The notes beneath the pieces were generated by a model. The model saw nothing but the letters and a program-made list of their open reading frames with translations, was not told where the DNA came from and made no database searches. 64,000 nt of DNA from Takakia lepidozioides (Eukaryota > Plantae > Bryophyta): positions 42,222,001 through 42,286,000 of the forward strand of contig CM060733.1 in NCBI GenBank assembly GCA_030704615.1, written 5' to 3'. The position numbers and the translations under genes are program-made. The number at the start of each line of letters is the position of its first letter. Within the stretch, counting starts at the first letter, position 1. This document shows positions 47,977-61,872 of the stretch, one piece after another.

Positions 47977-50900
47977 CAGCTCAAACAGTGTAGTTGACGC
48001 ACACTGTTTGAGCTACTAGTGAGGGATTCTTTCATCCTCAGAAACGTGCCCTAAATGCCGAATTTCAATTTGAAAAAACACTTACATTTTCAGCTCAAAC
48101 AGTGTGCGCCAACGCACACTGTTTGAGCTGCAACTGAATGGTTATTTCATCATCATAAACCTGCCCTCGAAGTCTGAATTTAACTCGGAAAAAACACTTA
48201 CATGTTCAGCTCAAATAGTGTGCGCCAACGCACACTAATTGAGCTGCCACTGAATAATAATTTCATCATCAAAAACCTGCCCTGGAAGTCCAAATGTAAC
48301 AAAAAAAAAAACAGTGACATGTACAGCTCAAACATCGTGCATTGACGCACACTGTTTCAGCTGCAAGTGAGGGATTCTTTCATCCTCAGAAACGTGCCCT
48401 AGATGCCAAATTTCAATCTGAAAAAACACTTTCATGTTCATCTCAAACACTGTGCGCCAACGCACACTGTTTGAGCTGCCACTGAATGATTATTTCATTA
48501 TCAAAAACCTGCCCTGGAAGTCCGAATTTAACACCAAAAAAACAGTGACATATACAGCTCAAACAGTGTGCGTTGACGCACACTGTTTGAGCTGCCAGTG
48601 AGGGATTTTTTCATCCTCAGAAACGTGCCCTAAATGCCGAATTTCAATCGGAAAAACACTTACATGTTTAGCTCAAACAGTGTGCGCCAACGCACACTGT
48701 TTGAGCTGCCACTGAATGGTTATTTCATCATCATAAACCTGCCCTGGAAGTCCAAATTTAACTCGGGAAAAACACTTACATGTTCAGCTCAAACAGTATG
48801 CGCCAACGCACACTGTTTGAGCTGCCACTGAATGGTTATTTCATCATCATAAACCTGCCCTGGAAGTCCGAATTTAACACCAAAAAAAAATAGTGACATG
48901 TACAGCTCAAACAGTTTGCGTTGACGCACACTGTTTGAGCTGCCAGTGAGGGTTCTTTCATCCTCATAAACGTGCCGTAAATGCCGAATTTCAATATAAA
49001 AAAACACTTACATGTTCAGCTCAAACAGTGTGCGCCAACGCACACTGTTTGAGCTGCCACTGGATGGTTATTTCATCATCAAAAACCTGCCCTGGAAGTC
49101 TGAATTTAACTCGAAAAAAACACTTACATGTTCAGCTCAAACAGTGTGCGCCAACGCACACTGTTTGATCTTCCACTGAATGGTTATTTCAGCATCAAAA
49201 ACCCTCCCTGGAAGTCCGAATTTAACACCAAAAAAACAGTGACATGTACAGCTCAAACAGTGTGCGTTGACGCACACTGTTTGAGCTGCCAGTGAGGGAT
49301 TCTTTCATCCTCAGAAACGTACCCTAAATGCCGAATTTCAATCGGAAAAACACTTACACGTTTAGCTCAAACAGTGTGCGCCAACGCACACTGTTTGAGC
49401 TGCCACTGGATGGTTATTTCATCAAAAAAACCTGCCCTGGAAGTCTTAATTTAACTCGGAAAAAACACTTACATGTTCAGCTCAAATAGTGTGCGCCAAC
49501 GCACACTGTTTGATATTCCACTGAATGGTTATTTCATCATCAAAAACCCTCCCTAGAAGTCCAAATTTAACACCAAAAAAACAGTGACATGTACAGCTCA
49601 AACAGTGTGCGTTGACGCACACTGTTTGAGCTGCCAGTGAGGGATTCTTTCATCCTCATAAACGTGCCCTAAATGCCGAATTTCAATTGGAAAAAACACT
49701 TACATGTTCAGCTCAAACACTGTGCGCCAACGCACACTGTTTGAGCTGCCACTGAATGATTATTTCATCATCAAAAAAGCTGCCCTGGAAGTCCGAATTT
49801 AACACCAAAAAAACAGTGACATGTACAGCTCAAACAGTGTGCGTTGACGCACACTGTTTGAGCTGCCAGTGAGGGATTCTTTCATCCTTAGAAACGTGCC
49901 CTAAATGCCGAATTTCAATCGGAAAACCACTTACATGTTTAGCTCAAACAGTGTGCGCCAACGCACACTGTTTGAGGTGCCACTGAATGGTTAATTCATC
50001 ATCAAAAACCTGCCCTGGAAGTCCAAATTTAACTCGGAAATAAAATTTCATGTTCAGCTCAAACAGTGTGCGCCAACGCACACTAATTGAGCTGCCACTG
50101 AATGATTATTTCATCATCAAAAACCTGCCCTGGAAGTCCGAATTTAACCAAAAAAACAGTGACATGTATAGCTCAAACAGTGTGCGTTGACGCACACTGT
50201 TTGAGCTGCCAGTGAGGATTTTCATCCTCAGAAACGTGCCCTAAATGCCGAATTTCAATCGGAAAAACACTTACATGTTTAGCTCAAACAGTGTGCGCCA
50301 ACGCACACTGTTTGAGCTGCCACTGAATGGTTATTTCATCATCATAAACATGCTCTCGAAGACTGAATTTAACTCGGAAAAACCACTTACATGTTCAGCT
50401 TAAAGAGTGTGCGCCAACGCACACTGTTTGAGCTGCCACTGAATGGTTATTTCATCATCAAAAACCTACCCTGGAAGTCCGAATTTAACACCAAAAAAAT
50501 AGTGACATGTACAGCTCAAACAGTTTGCGTTGACGCACACTCTTTGAGCTGCAAATGAGGGATTCTTTCATCCTCATAAACGTGCCCTAAATGCCGAATT
50601 TCAATCCGAAAAAACACTTACATGTTCAGCTCAAACACTGTGCGCCAACGCACACTGTTTGAGCTGCCACTGAATGATTATTTCATCATCAAAAACCTGC
50701 CCTGGAAGACCGAATTTAACACCAAATAAACAGTGACATGTACAGCTCAAACAGTGTGCGTTGACGCACATTGTTTGAGCTGCCAGTGAGGGATTCTTTC
50801 ATCCTTAGAAACGTGCCCTAAATGCCAAATTTCAATCGGAAAACCGCTTACATGTTTAGCTCAAACAGTGTGCGCCAACGCACACTGTTTGAGCTGCCAC

Positions 50901-53900
50901 TGAATGGTTATTTCATCATCATAAACCTGCCCTGGAAGACGGAATTTAACACCAAAAAAACAGTGACATGTACAGCTCAAACAGTGTGCGTTGACGCACA
51001 CTGTTTGAGCTGCCAGTGAGGGATTCTTTCATCCTCAGAAACGTGCCCTAAATGCCGAATTTCAATTTGAAAAAACACTTACATTTTCAGCTCAAACAGT
51101 GTGCGCCAACGCACACTATTTGAGCTGCAACTGAATGGTTATTTCATCATCAAAAACCCTCCCTGGAAGTCCGAATTTAACACCAAAAAAACAGTGACAT
51201 GTACAGCTCAAACATAAACCTGCCCGCGAAGTCTGAATTTAACTCGGAAAAAACACTTTCATGTTCAGCTCAAATAGTGTGCGCCAACGCACACTGTTTG
51301 AGCTGCCACTGAATGGTTATTTCATCATCAAAAACCTGCCCTGGAAGTCCGAATTTAACTCGGAAAAAACACTTAGATGTTCAGCTCAAACAGTGTGCGC
51401 CAACGCACACTGTTTGATCTTCCACTGAATGGTTATTTCATCATCAAAAAACCCTCCCTGGAAGTCCGAAAATTTAACACCAAAAAAACAGTGACATGTA
51501 CAGCTCAAACAGTGTGCGTTGACGCACACTGTTTGAGCTGCCAGTGAGGGATTCTTTCATCCTCAGAAACGTGCCCTAAATGCCGAATTTCAATTTGAAA
51601 AAACACTTACATTTTCAGCTCAAACAGTGTGCGCCAACGCACACTGTTTGAGCTGCAACTGAATGGTTATTTCATCATCATAAACCTGCCCGCGAAGTCT
51701 GAATTTAACTCGGAAAAACACTTACATGTTCAGCTCAAATAGTGTGCGCCAACGCACACTGTTTGAGCTGCCACTGAATGGTTATTTCATCATCAAAAAC
51801 CTGCCCTGGAAGTCCGAATGTAACACCAAAAAAAACAGTTATGTACAGCTCAAACGGTGTGCGTTGACGCACACTGTTTGAGCTGCCAGTGAGGGATTTC
51901 TTTCATCCTCAGAAACGTGCCCTAAATGCTGAATTTCAATTTGAAGAAACACTTATATTTTCAACTCAAACAGTGTGCGCGAACGCACACTGTTTGAGTT
52001 GCAACTGAATGGTTATTTCATTATCATAAACCTGCCCTCGAAGTGTGAATTTAACTCGGAAAAAAAACATACATGTTCAACTCAAATAGTGTGCGCCAAC
52101 GCAAACTGTTTGAGCTGCCACTGAATAATAATTTCATCATCAAAAATCTGCCCTGGAAGTCCAAATGTAACACAAAAAAAAACAGTGACATGTACAGCTC
52201 AAATAGTGTGCATTGACGCACACTGTTTGAGCTGCCAGTGAGCGATTCTTTCATCCTCAGAAACGTGCCCTAAATGCCGAATTTGAATCTGAAAAAAACA
52301 CTTACATGTTCAGCTCAAACAGTGTGGCGCAACGCATACTGTTTGAGCTGCAACTGAATGGTTATTTCATCATCAAAAACCTGCCCTGGAAGTCGAAATT
52401 TAACTAGGAAAAAACACTTACATGTTCAGCTCAAACAGTATGCGCCAACCCACACTGTTTGAGCTGCCACTGAATGGTTATTTCATCATCAAAAACCTGC
52501 CCTGAAAGTCCGAATTTAACACCAAAAAAAAAATGACATGTACAGCTCAAACAGTGTGCGTTGACGCACACTGTTTGAGCTGCCAGTGAGGGATTCTTTC
52601 ATCCTCATAAACGAGCCCTAAATGCCGAATTTCAATATGAAAAAACACTTACATGTTAAGCTCAAACAGTATGAGCAAACGCACACTGTTTGATCTGCCA
52701 CTGAATGGTTATTTCATCATCAAAAACCTGCCATGGAAGTCCGAATTTAACACCAAAAAAACAGTGACATGTACAGCTCAAACAATGTGCATTGACGCAC
52801 ACTGTTTGAGCTGCAAGTGAGGGATTCTTTCATCCTCAGAAACGAGCCCTAAATGCCGAATTTCAATATGAAAAAACACTTACATGTTAGCTCAAACAAT
52901 GTGCGCCAACGCACACTGTTTGAGCTGCCACTGAATGATTATTTCATCATCAAAAACCTGCCCTGGAAGTCCGAATTTAACACCAAAAAAACAGTGACAT
53001 GTACAGCTCAAACAGTGTGCGTTGACGCACACTATTTGAGCTGCCAGTGAGGGATTCTTTCATCCTCAGAAACGTGCCCTAAATGCCAAATTTCAATCGG
53101 AAAAACACTTACATGTTTAGCTCAAACAGTGTGCGCCAACGCACACTGTTTGAGCAGCCACTGAATGGTTATTTCATCATCATAAACCTGCCCTGGAAGT
53201 CCGAATTTAACTCGGAAAAAACACTTATATGTATTCAGCTCAAACAGTGTGCGCCAACGCACACTGTTTGAGCTGCCACTGAATGATTATTTCATCATCA
53301 AAAACCTGCCCTGGAAGTCCGAATTTAACACCAAAAAAACAATGACATGTACAGCTCAAACAGTGTGCCTTGACGCACACTATTTGAGCTGCCAGTGAGG
53401 GATTCTTTCATCCTCAGAAACGTGCCCTAAATGCCAAATTTCAATCGGAAAAACACTTACATGTTTAGCTCAAACAGTGTGCGCCAACGCACACTGTTTG
53501 AGCTGCCACTGAATGGTTATTTCATCATCAAAAACCTGCCCTGGAAGACCGAATTTAACTCGGAAAAAACACTTATATGTTCAGCTCAAACAGTGTGCGC
53601 CAACGCACACTGTTTGAGCTTCCACTGAATGGTTATTTCATCATCAAAAACCTGCCCTGGAAGTCCAAATTTAACTCGGAAAAAACACTTACATGTTCAG
53701 CTCAAACAGTGTGCGCCAACGCACACTGTTTGAGCTGCCACTTAATGGTTATTTCATCATCAAAAACCTGCCCTGGAAGTCCGAATGTAACACCAAAAAA
53801 AACAGTGACATGTACAGCTCAAACAGTTTGCGTTGACGCACAATGTTTGAGCTACCAGTGAGGGATTCTTTCATCCTCAGAAACGTGCCCTAAATGCCGA

Positions 53901-56590
53901 ATTTCAATTTGAAAAAACACTTACATTCTCAGCTCAAACAGTGTGCGCCAACGCACACTGTTTGAGCTGCAACTGAATGGTTATTTCATCATCATAAACC
54001 TGCCCTCGAAGTCTGAATTTAACTCGGAAAAAACACTTACATGTTCAGCTCAAACAGTGTGCGCCAACGCACACTGTTTGAGCTGCCACTGAATAATAAT
54101 TTCATGATCAAAAACCTTCCCTTAAAGTCCAAATGTAACAAAAAAAAAAACAGTGACATGTACAGCTCAAACAGTGTGCATTGACGCACACTGTTTGAGC
54201 TGCAAGTGAGGGATTCTTTCATCCTCAGAAACGTGCCCTAAATGCCGAATTTCAATTTGAAAAAACACTTACATTTTCAGCTCAAACACTATGCGCCAAC
54301 GCACACTGTTTGAGCTGCCACTGAATGATTATTTCATCATCAAAAACCTGCCCTGGAAGTCCGAATTTAACACCAAAAAAACAACATGTACAGCTCAAAC
54401 AGTGTGCGTTGACGCACACTGTTTGAGCTTCCAGTGAGGATTCTTTCATCCTCAGAAACGTGCCCTAAATGCCGATTTCAATCGGAAAACACACTTACAT
54501 GTTTAGCTCAAACAGTGTGCGCGAACGCACACTGTTTGAGCTGCCACTGAATGGTTATTTCATCATCATAAACCTGCCCTGGAAGTCCAAATTTAAGTCG
54601 GAAAAAACACTTACATGTTCAGCTCAAACAGTATGCGCCAAGGCACACTGTTTGAGCTGCCACTGAATGGTTATTTTCATCATCATAAACCTGCTCTGGA
54701 AGTCCGAATTTAACACAAAAAAATAGTGACATGTACAGCTCAAACATTGTGCGTTGACGCACACTGTTTGAGCTGCCAGTGAGGGATTCTTTCATCCTCA
54801 TAAACGTGCCTTAAATGCCGAATTTCATATGAAAAACACTTACATGTTCAGCTCAAACAGTGTGCGCCAACGCACACTGTTGAGCTGCCACTGGATGGTT
54901 ATTTCATCATCAAAAACCTGCCCTGGAAGTCTGAATTAACTCGGTACTTACATGTTCAGCTCAAACAGTGTGCGCCAACGCACACTGTTTGATCTTCCAC
55001 TGAATGGTTATTTCAGCATCAAAAACCCTCCCTGGAAGTCCGAATTTAACACCAAAAAAACAGTGACATGTACAGCTCAAACAGTGTGCGTCGACGCAAC
55101 ACTGTTGACTGCCAGTGAGGGATTCTTTCATCCTCAGAAACGTGCCCTAAATGCGAATTTCAATTTGAAAAAACACTTACATTTTCAGCTCAAACAGTGT
55201 GCGCCAACGCACACTGTTTGAGCTGCAACTGAATGGGTATTTCATCATCATAAACCTGCTCTCGAAGTCTGAATTTAACTCGGAAAAAACATTACATGTT
55301 CAGCTCAAATAGTGTGCGCCAACGCACACTGTTTGAGCTGCCACTGAATGGTTATTTCATCATCAAGAACCTGCCCTAGAAGTCCTAATTTAACACCAAA
55401 AAAATAGTGACATGTACAGCTCAAACAGTTTGCGTTGACGCACACTGTTTGAGCTGCTAGTGAGGGATTCTTTCATCCTCAAAAACGTGCCCTAAATGCC
55501 GAATTTCAATTTGAAAAAAAACACTTACATGTTCAGCTCAAACAGTGTGCGCCAAACGCACATGTTTGAGCTGCCACAATGGTTATTTTCATCAAAAAAA
55601 CCTGCCCTGGAAGTCCGAATTTAACTCAAACACCATGTTCAGCTCAAACAGTGTGTGCAACGCACACTGTTTGAGCTTCCACTGAATGGTTATTCTCATC
55701 AAAAACTGCCCTGAAGTCCAAATTTAACTCGGAAAAAAACACTTACATGTTCAGCTCAAACAGTGTGCGCCAACGCACATGTTTGAGCTGCCACTGAATG
55801 TTTATTTCATCATCAAAAAACCTGCCCTGAAGTCCCAAATTTAACTTGGAAAAAACACTTACATGTTCAGCTTCAAACTGTGTGCGCCAACGCACACTGT
55901 TTGAGCTGCCACTGAATGGTTATTTCATCATCAAAAATCTCCCCTGGAAGTCCGAATTTACACCAAAAAAAAAAACAGTGACATGTACAGCTCAAAGTGT
56001 GCTGACGCACACTGTTTGAGCTGCAGTGAGGGATTCTTAATCCTCATAAAACGTGCCCTAAATGCCGAATTTCAATATGAAAAAATACTTACATGTTCAG
56101 CTCAAATAGTGTGCGCCAACGCACATTGTTTGAGCTGCCACTGAATGGTTATTTCATCATCATAAACCTGCCCTGGAAGTCCGCATTTAACTCGGAAAAA
56201 AACACTTACATGTTCAGCTCAATAGTGTGCGCCAACGCACACTGTTTGAGCTGCCACTGAATGGTTATTTCATCATCATAAACGTGCCCTAAAAGGCGAA
56301 TTCAACACGGAGAAAACCGTGACATGTAGAGCTCAAACAGTGTGCGCCAACGCACACTGTTTGAGCTGCCTCTGAAGGGTTCTCTCGTCCTAACATACAT
56401 ATCCTGGAAAACCGATATCCAGACGGAAACAGCAGTGAAATGTTCAGCTCAACTCACACTGATTGAGCTTGCAATTTGGGTTGTATTGAACCTGCTGTAG
56501 TGCCCAAGTTTGGGCGTTTCGCACCTGAACAATCAAGCAAATTGGTAGGCCCAAACAGTGTGCGTTGCCGCACACTGTTTGGGCTTCCAG
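47977..56590. repeat. Tandem array of ~115-bp monomers (~70+ copies), each containing CAGCTCAAACAGTGTGCG-NNNN-CGCACACTGTTTGAGCTG
   Basis: Successive monomers start at 47977, 48091, 48207, 48324 and so on. Two monomer classes have loop TTGA or CCAA, with typically one TTGA monomer followed by 1-3 CCAA monomers. Degenerate copies occur at 56330-56590. Confidence 0.97.
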
Positions 56591-56679
56591 TTTGCGGTGC
56601 TTTCAGCCTGGTGCAGATGTCCTGTGTGGGCTATATTCATATCAGCAACGAAACACAAATGTGGGTCTTAAAGATTTCA

Positions 56680-57090
56680 CCTTTTTCTTGGCTGCTCCAG
56701 AAGACTCCCAATTGCCGGGGACCCTTTGCGCTTCGGGGCTGCTCTCTGCGCCGAGCGTGTACGTGAGCCTCTCCCCCTTCCTCTTTCCCGCAGGCAGACT
56801 CCTCGTGAGGCCACCTTCAACATCCTCTTCCATCTCGTCTGTCTCTCCCTCAGATGCGGTGTCCTCTTCATCTGTCCTTGGAACTATGGCGGGCTGCTGT
56901 TCTTCTGCTGATTCCTACTCCTCCATCGCCACACTTTCCTCTACTCCCTCTTCTACCTCCTTTTCCTCTTCGTCCACTCTTTCCATCCTCATTCTATCTC
57001 TGGCTCTATTCCTGTTTCTAGAGCTCGTGAAGTATAGTGACTTCCTTCTCTTCCTCCTCGCTGGAAACAAGGGCTCCCCACGATGCCTCT
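56680..57090 (-). pseudogene. Acidic/basic low-complexity exon, possibly the first exon of the divergent cargo gene of MULE family 2
   Basis: Minus-strand E/D/R-rich frame with one stop, ending at a possible donor (AAAAAG|GTGAAAT). Its position is analogous to 21694-22229 in family 1. Confidence 0.35.
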
Positions 57091-58094
57091 AGAGCTCTCC
57101 AGTTTGACGTTTGTAACAAGTGCTGCTATGGCATGTAACCAAAATCGAAATTGGACGTTGTCAACCATATTTGGATGCGGGTGTGTTATTGTGTGCGAAC
57201 GGAATTCATCCATTCCGTCGTCTCCGTATTATCCAAGCAATAAACGCTAGAAAAAAAGTACATCCGTTGCATGCACTAGCGATATATGTCAGATGTACTG
57301 CGCCCCTGCCAATACACCGCGGCCTTCTTGCTTTCTTTCAAATTCGGATGTGCCGTAGAAATCTAATGCTAGTTTTCATTTTCGAGCAGTTCTTGCAGAT
57401 CCGCAATAATTGTTATGCTTCACATATGCATCCACGTGTGTTGTACTGCCTACCCTGTGGTTTGCAGTTTACCGTACCCGTCGCCATGGGGTCATTCGGC
57501 ATAAAGGGTTCTGTCGGATACGACCATGTCTGGCACGCATTCGTGCGAGGTATCTTCTGCAGTGTCAGTGTTTGTGCTGTGCTCTTCTGGCACAGCACAA
57601 CCTCATGACATTTGTGGTCTTCCTGTTTACTGCTCTCCAGGGTTGTTGCCGTCTTTCATAATGGATGGTTTCATGTCGTTTTCAGTGTTGTTGTTTCATC
57701 CATAAACAGCACGGCTTCTTGTAGTATTTGAAAACAGTTTTTCTGGTTAGTGCCTCTTGGCGTTGCTGTTTCCGAAGTGAAGGTGCATCTCATCCCTACA
57801 TCCTTTGCATGCATCACCTGCAACCTTTGGGTTGGAGCTAGCCTTGTTGACCTCGGTTTGCTTGTCTTAATTCCCTTTCGGTAATTGCGGGCTATCAGTT
57901 CGAGGATTCCGCAACTTTCGTTCAGTGAGGGAAAACATGTCGAGGGAGCGAGATACACTTGCTCGATTCCATTCCAATGCAGGTACTCTTCCACTGACTG
58001 CCACTGCAGACGACGATGGGTTTGCAGTTGTTCATGAGGATGAGCTGGTTACAGTGTTCCCGCTGGAGTTGGGTTCTCTCCTTGTTCAAAAAGA

Positions 58095-61000
58095 GTGTAT
58101 GACGAGGATGGGAATTTGGATTCTCGGCACTTGGAGAAACCATTGGTTGGCAAGTGTGGAAGGAAGTGGAGAGTCCTTCCAGGCACATACCGTGTCCTTG
58201 GAAAAGAGAGAGAAGACAATCAGCAGGATCGGTCGTTACCCCTGGCACTGCAGCATCGGTCGTGCAACAGAAGGGCACAGTTCCTGTGAAACAAGATGTG
58301 AGCACATCCACTACCTTCGTGACTCTTTCAGACTCGTCCTCGGAGGATGTTTCTGAGATTCCTCCACCAGTGCAGACTCCGTCATTGGATGATGACGAAT
58401 TGCAAGAGATAACGAGTGTCATTCCAAAATTGAAAGCCCTCGCAGGTGTGCCTGGGTGCAAGAGCGAGCTGCGTTTTGTTGACTGGGAGTCCCTTCCTGT
58501 GCAACGGGTTCAATACGTGCCAGCACAGTTTGATGGGGACATCCTGTTTGAGCTCAACCCTCCCACCTCTTCCACTGGACTGGCTGGGCTTTTACAGGGC
58601 ATGGACAAGAAACATGACGGACATCCTTGGTGCAGGACAAAAACGTCGAACATCCATAACGACATTGGCTTGAAATTTTCGGAGGTCGGTCTGCGTTGGG
58701 CATTGTAAGTGCCAGAATATTTCTTGCCCTCGCTGAGAAACAGCGCTCAACCAAACGAAAGTGAGTGGGAAGGTGTGCCCCTGAATCCTTTCACCCAGGG
58801 CTTGCCCCTCCCAGGACCAATACTTTCGTGTGCAGGTTCTGCAAACTTTGCCCCGTCCTGTGTTTCTGTGTGCCACGCTCGTATGTATCAGGTGGCACAC
58901 CGATGCAAGACAATGACTCGTGCCTGCATTCATATGGGTGCACACGGCATCCTGTGTCCAAAGGAAGTTGCAGGGATAGCGTGGACATCGCTAGAAATCT
59001 GCTGAAGCAGGAGTTCCACAATGCCCCTTGTGCAACACCTTCTGCTATAGCGCTTGCAGCTAGCAAGGCATTCCTGGATAAACACATACTGGGTGAAGGG
59101 GATGCGACACAACTTATGCTGGATGCAGATTTGCTTATGCATGGACCATTTCCCGTGTTGAGCTCTCCCAATATTCGAAACCAGGTGAATGCACTCAGAA
59201 TGGGCACAGGCACTGCTGGATTCATGGACAACATTATGGACCTTGAAACGGAGGAGTCGCTGAATTCATTCAAAACAGTATCTTCCCTGGCCAGGGCTCG
59301 TCCAAGGTGTATTTGTTCAAGATGTCCGCTGTGGGCGAAGCAGTGGTGTGAGCATTGTCCGCCGTATGCAACCAGGAGGAGATTTGGCTAAATGTTGGTT
59401 AATGTTTGATCACTGCAAACGGGTGAAGGGTTGGACAACCATGGCGTGCCATGTGTATGATCCGGCGTACCAGCGTGTGCTCTCCATAGCAATTTGATAT
59501 GCAGTCGGAGGACACTGAATCCCATGCTCATGTGGAATTCGCTCTTGGCCGTCATGCAGCGCAATGGAATACAAAACACAAATTTTGCGGGCTTCATGGC
59601 TGATAGTGCACAGGCAAATTTCAATGCAGTGCGACGCGTGTTTGGTTCAGGGGATCCTAAGGTCCCAATGGAAAATAGGGAGCGCACATGCCTCTTCCAT
59701 TGGACTCAATCTCTGGCACGTCATACAAAGCGCTGCATTCGCCCTGACCTGCAGTTGGAGCACAGAAGGCTTTGTCTCAAGTACAAGAATGCCACCTCAA
59801 TGGGAGAAGCTGAGAGCACTTACCAGGCAATCCGGGCTTGGTGGTTCTCCTCTGGTGCTGCAACAGGTACCCACGTAAAGGAGTTGGAGGACTGGTTGGT
59901 TTTTCTGGCACTTCAGGTACAGACAGTGGGGAGCTTTCATGACGACGGTAAGCCTCTTCAATCCCAAAAACAAAATTTGCATCGTGCCTGTTCATTTGGG
60001 GTTCTTCGATTGTCACTTGAAGAACCTCTACCATTTGTTTTCGTTCCTCACATATCCATGCAATGCCTCCTGCAGGACATGTCCTTGGAGGACTTGGCCG
60101 ACATGCCATCCTGTAATTTGGCGGAGACTGTTCACAACGCCTGGATGCAGCAGTCTACCAAAGCAGGTCGTGACTTGTATGTGGCCACTGTTGATGACAT
60201 GGTGCGTGCACTTACACAACAAACCAGGTACCGCAATTTCTGATGGGACGGGGTGGAGGCAAGGGCCCTGATACGACTTTGTTGATGCTAAGGGCTACGA
60301 GTAGGTCCGGAGTCCCGTCAAAGATGGCCAGAGCTCTAAACAGATGCACTGAAGGGTCCCCTCTACAATCCAGGATCCCCCATTGGAAGGCGAGGAAAGA
60401 TTTGGATCATGCAAAAGGAATTGAACACTCTTCCACAGGTCAGATGGAGATTCCCATCGGCCAGAGGGTCAATTTCTCTGTGCCAAAGGTGTCTCCACTG
60501 CAGACTGAGTCGTGTGCCCGCCCCTTCCCAGGGGGTCTCCTCCCAGTGGAGCAGGTGCAGAACATACAAGCACCAGCGGGGAATCCCATTGGAGGAGGCG
60601 GTGGCCATGGTGCAGGGAATCCGATTGCATTGATAGTGAGTGGCATATAGAACGCACCCCACCAGGATCTAGAGTGGCTTGCATGGCAATTCGGACCCCT
60701 CATTCAAGAAATGCAAATCAAAGATATGCAAAGGCTCCAGGGGACTCCAGCTCCAACATTCACAGGGTTGTTCCGACCTTATCATAGTGGGGAGTCAAAG
60801 GACCACAAATTTTGGTTTCTGCCCAGACGATATGGCACGATGCGTGAAGGGGGAATAGTTCGTCCTTCGGTGATAATGAAACCCCCTCCCCCCGCAATTT
60901 GGCCTGTGCAAATTGGGACGTCGCTGTCATCAACCGAGATAAGCATGCTGGAGGAGGGAGGGTTCTGTCTTGCACGGTCCCGGGTGGTGCCCTCATGCAC

Positions 61001-61500
61001 TGTCGGCACAGATGTGCCACATGCTCCGGCAATGCCGCCACCTGTGCCGACTCCCACCCAACAAAAAGAGATGGAAAAACAGTGCGCCGTTTTCGCTTCG
61101 GTGCAGATCACGAATGCAAGATGGAATCTGCTAGAATTTTGCAGGCTCAGGTGTCTCGTATCACCAAAGTCCCTTCTCGGGGTATGGACGGATTTACACA
61201 GTGCTGTCAATTGGGTCAGTTCTTCATGGCAAAGAATATCAGGTTACCATCGGGAATTTCCCTTCGTGCACTTGTCGGACTTTTGTAATGATGCGTGAGG
61301 GCGCTCTCGGCATGAGAGGGAAGGGGTCCCCTGCAAGCATCAATATTACATATACCTTGTGATTATGTGTTGCGACGGTAAGAGAGACCAATTCATCCAC
61401 CAAGCCACACTAGGCTATGGAGAAGTGAACACCCTTCTACAGCGGGACACCTCGTGGAGCTCCGCCAACTTCTCTTTGAACACATACGAGCCATGCCCCA
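58095..61500 (+). pseudogene. MULE-type DDE transposase with SWIM finger (family 2)
   Basis: GMDKKHDGHPWC, MFDHCK, GFMADSAQANF, CLFH, CNLAETVH and SWIM CTC...CKH at ~61267-61345. Intron 59948-60075 is at the same position as the family-1 intron. Confidence 0.85.
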
Positions 61501-61872
61501 TGCTGGGTTTGCATGCCGTGTGAAGACTTTGCATTTCTGACCAAACATATGGATTTCGTTTACGGAACCAGGGCAAATGCACATGCAATTCATTGTAAGC
61601 GTCTATCTGTGAATTGAAAAATAAACTGTGACAATCATTCTGAGCTCAAATCTGCATGCCATGTTTTCATATTTCTGTTTTTGAGCGGGCATTGCAGACA
61701 TGGTGTGTGTTGGCCCCCTTTGTTTTGTCCACGGTAATAGGCCCTCTTCCTGCAATCCTTGCCTATAGGACCTTCTTCTCCAGCAGGAAATTGTTGCCGC
61801 TCACGCTTTGTACCTTGAACGTGAGCTCAGCTCCCAGGCTCACGGGGCTGGGCTCACGCCGTAGCTACGCTC

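Larger units (their letters stand above)
47977..61872. mobile_element. Second MULE family (related to family 1), left end missing
   Basis: Homologous transposase. The candidate terminus at 61872 reads (reverse complement) GAGCGTAGCTACGGCGTGAGC..., resembling the family-1 ends (G-rich start, GCTA, TGAGC repeats). Inclusion of the array in this element is inferred. Confidence 0.6.

Noticed and set aside
47977-56590. CRISPR-like appearance (regularly spaced palindromic repeats)
   Set aside because: The intervening sequences are themselves repeated (2-3 classes) rather than unique spacers. No cas genes are present and the context is eukaryotic.
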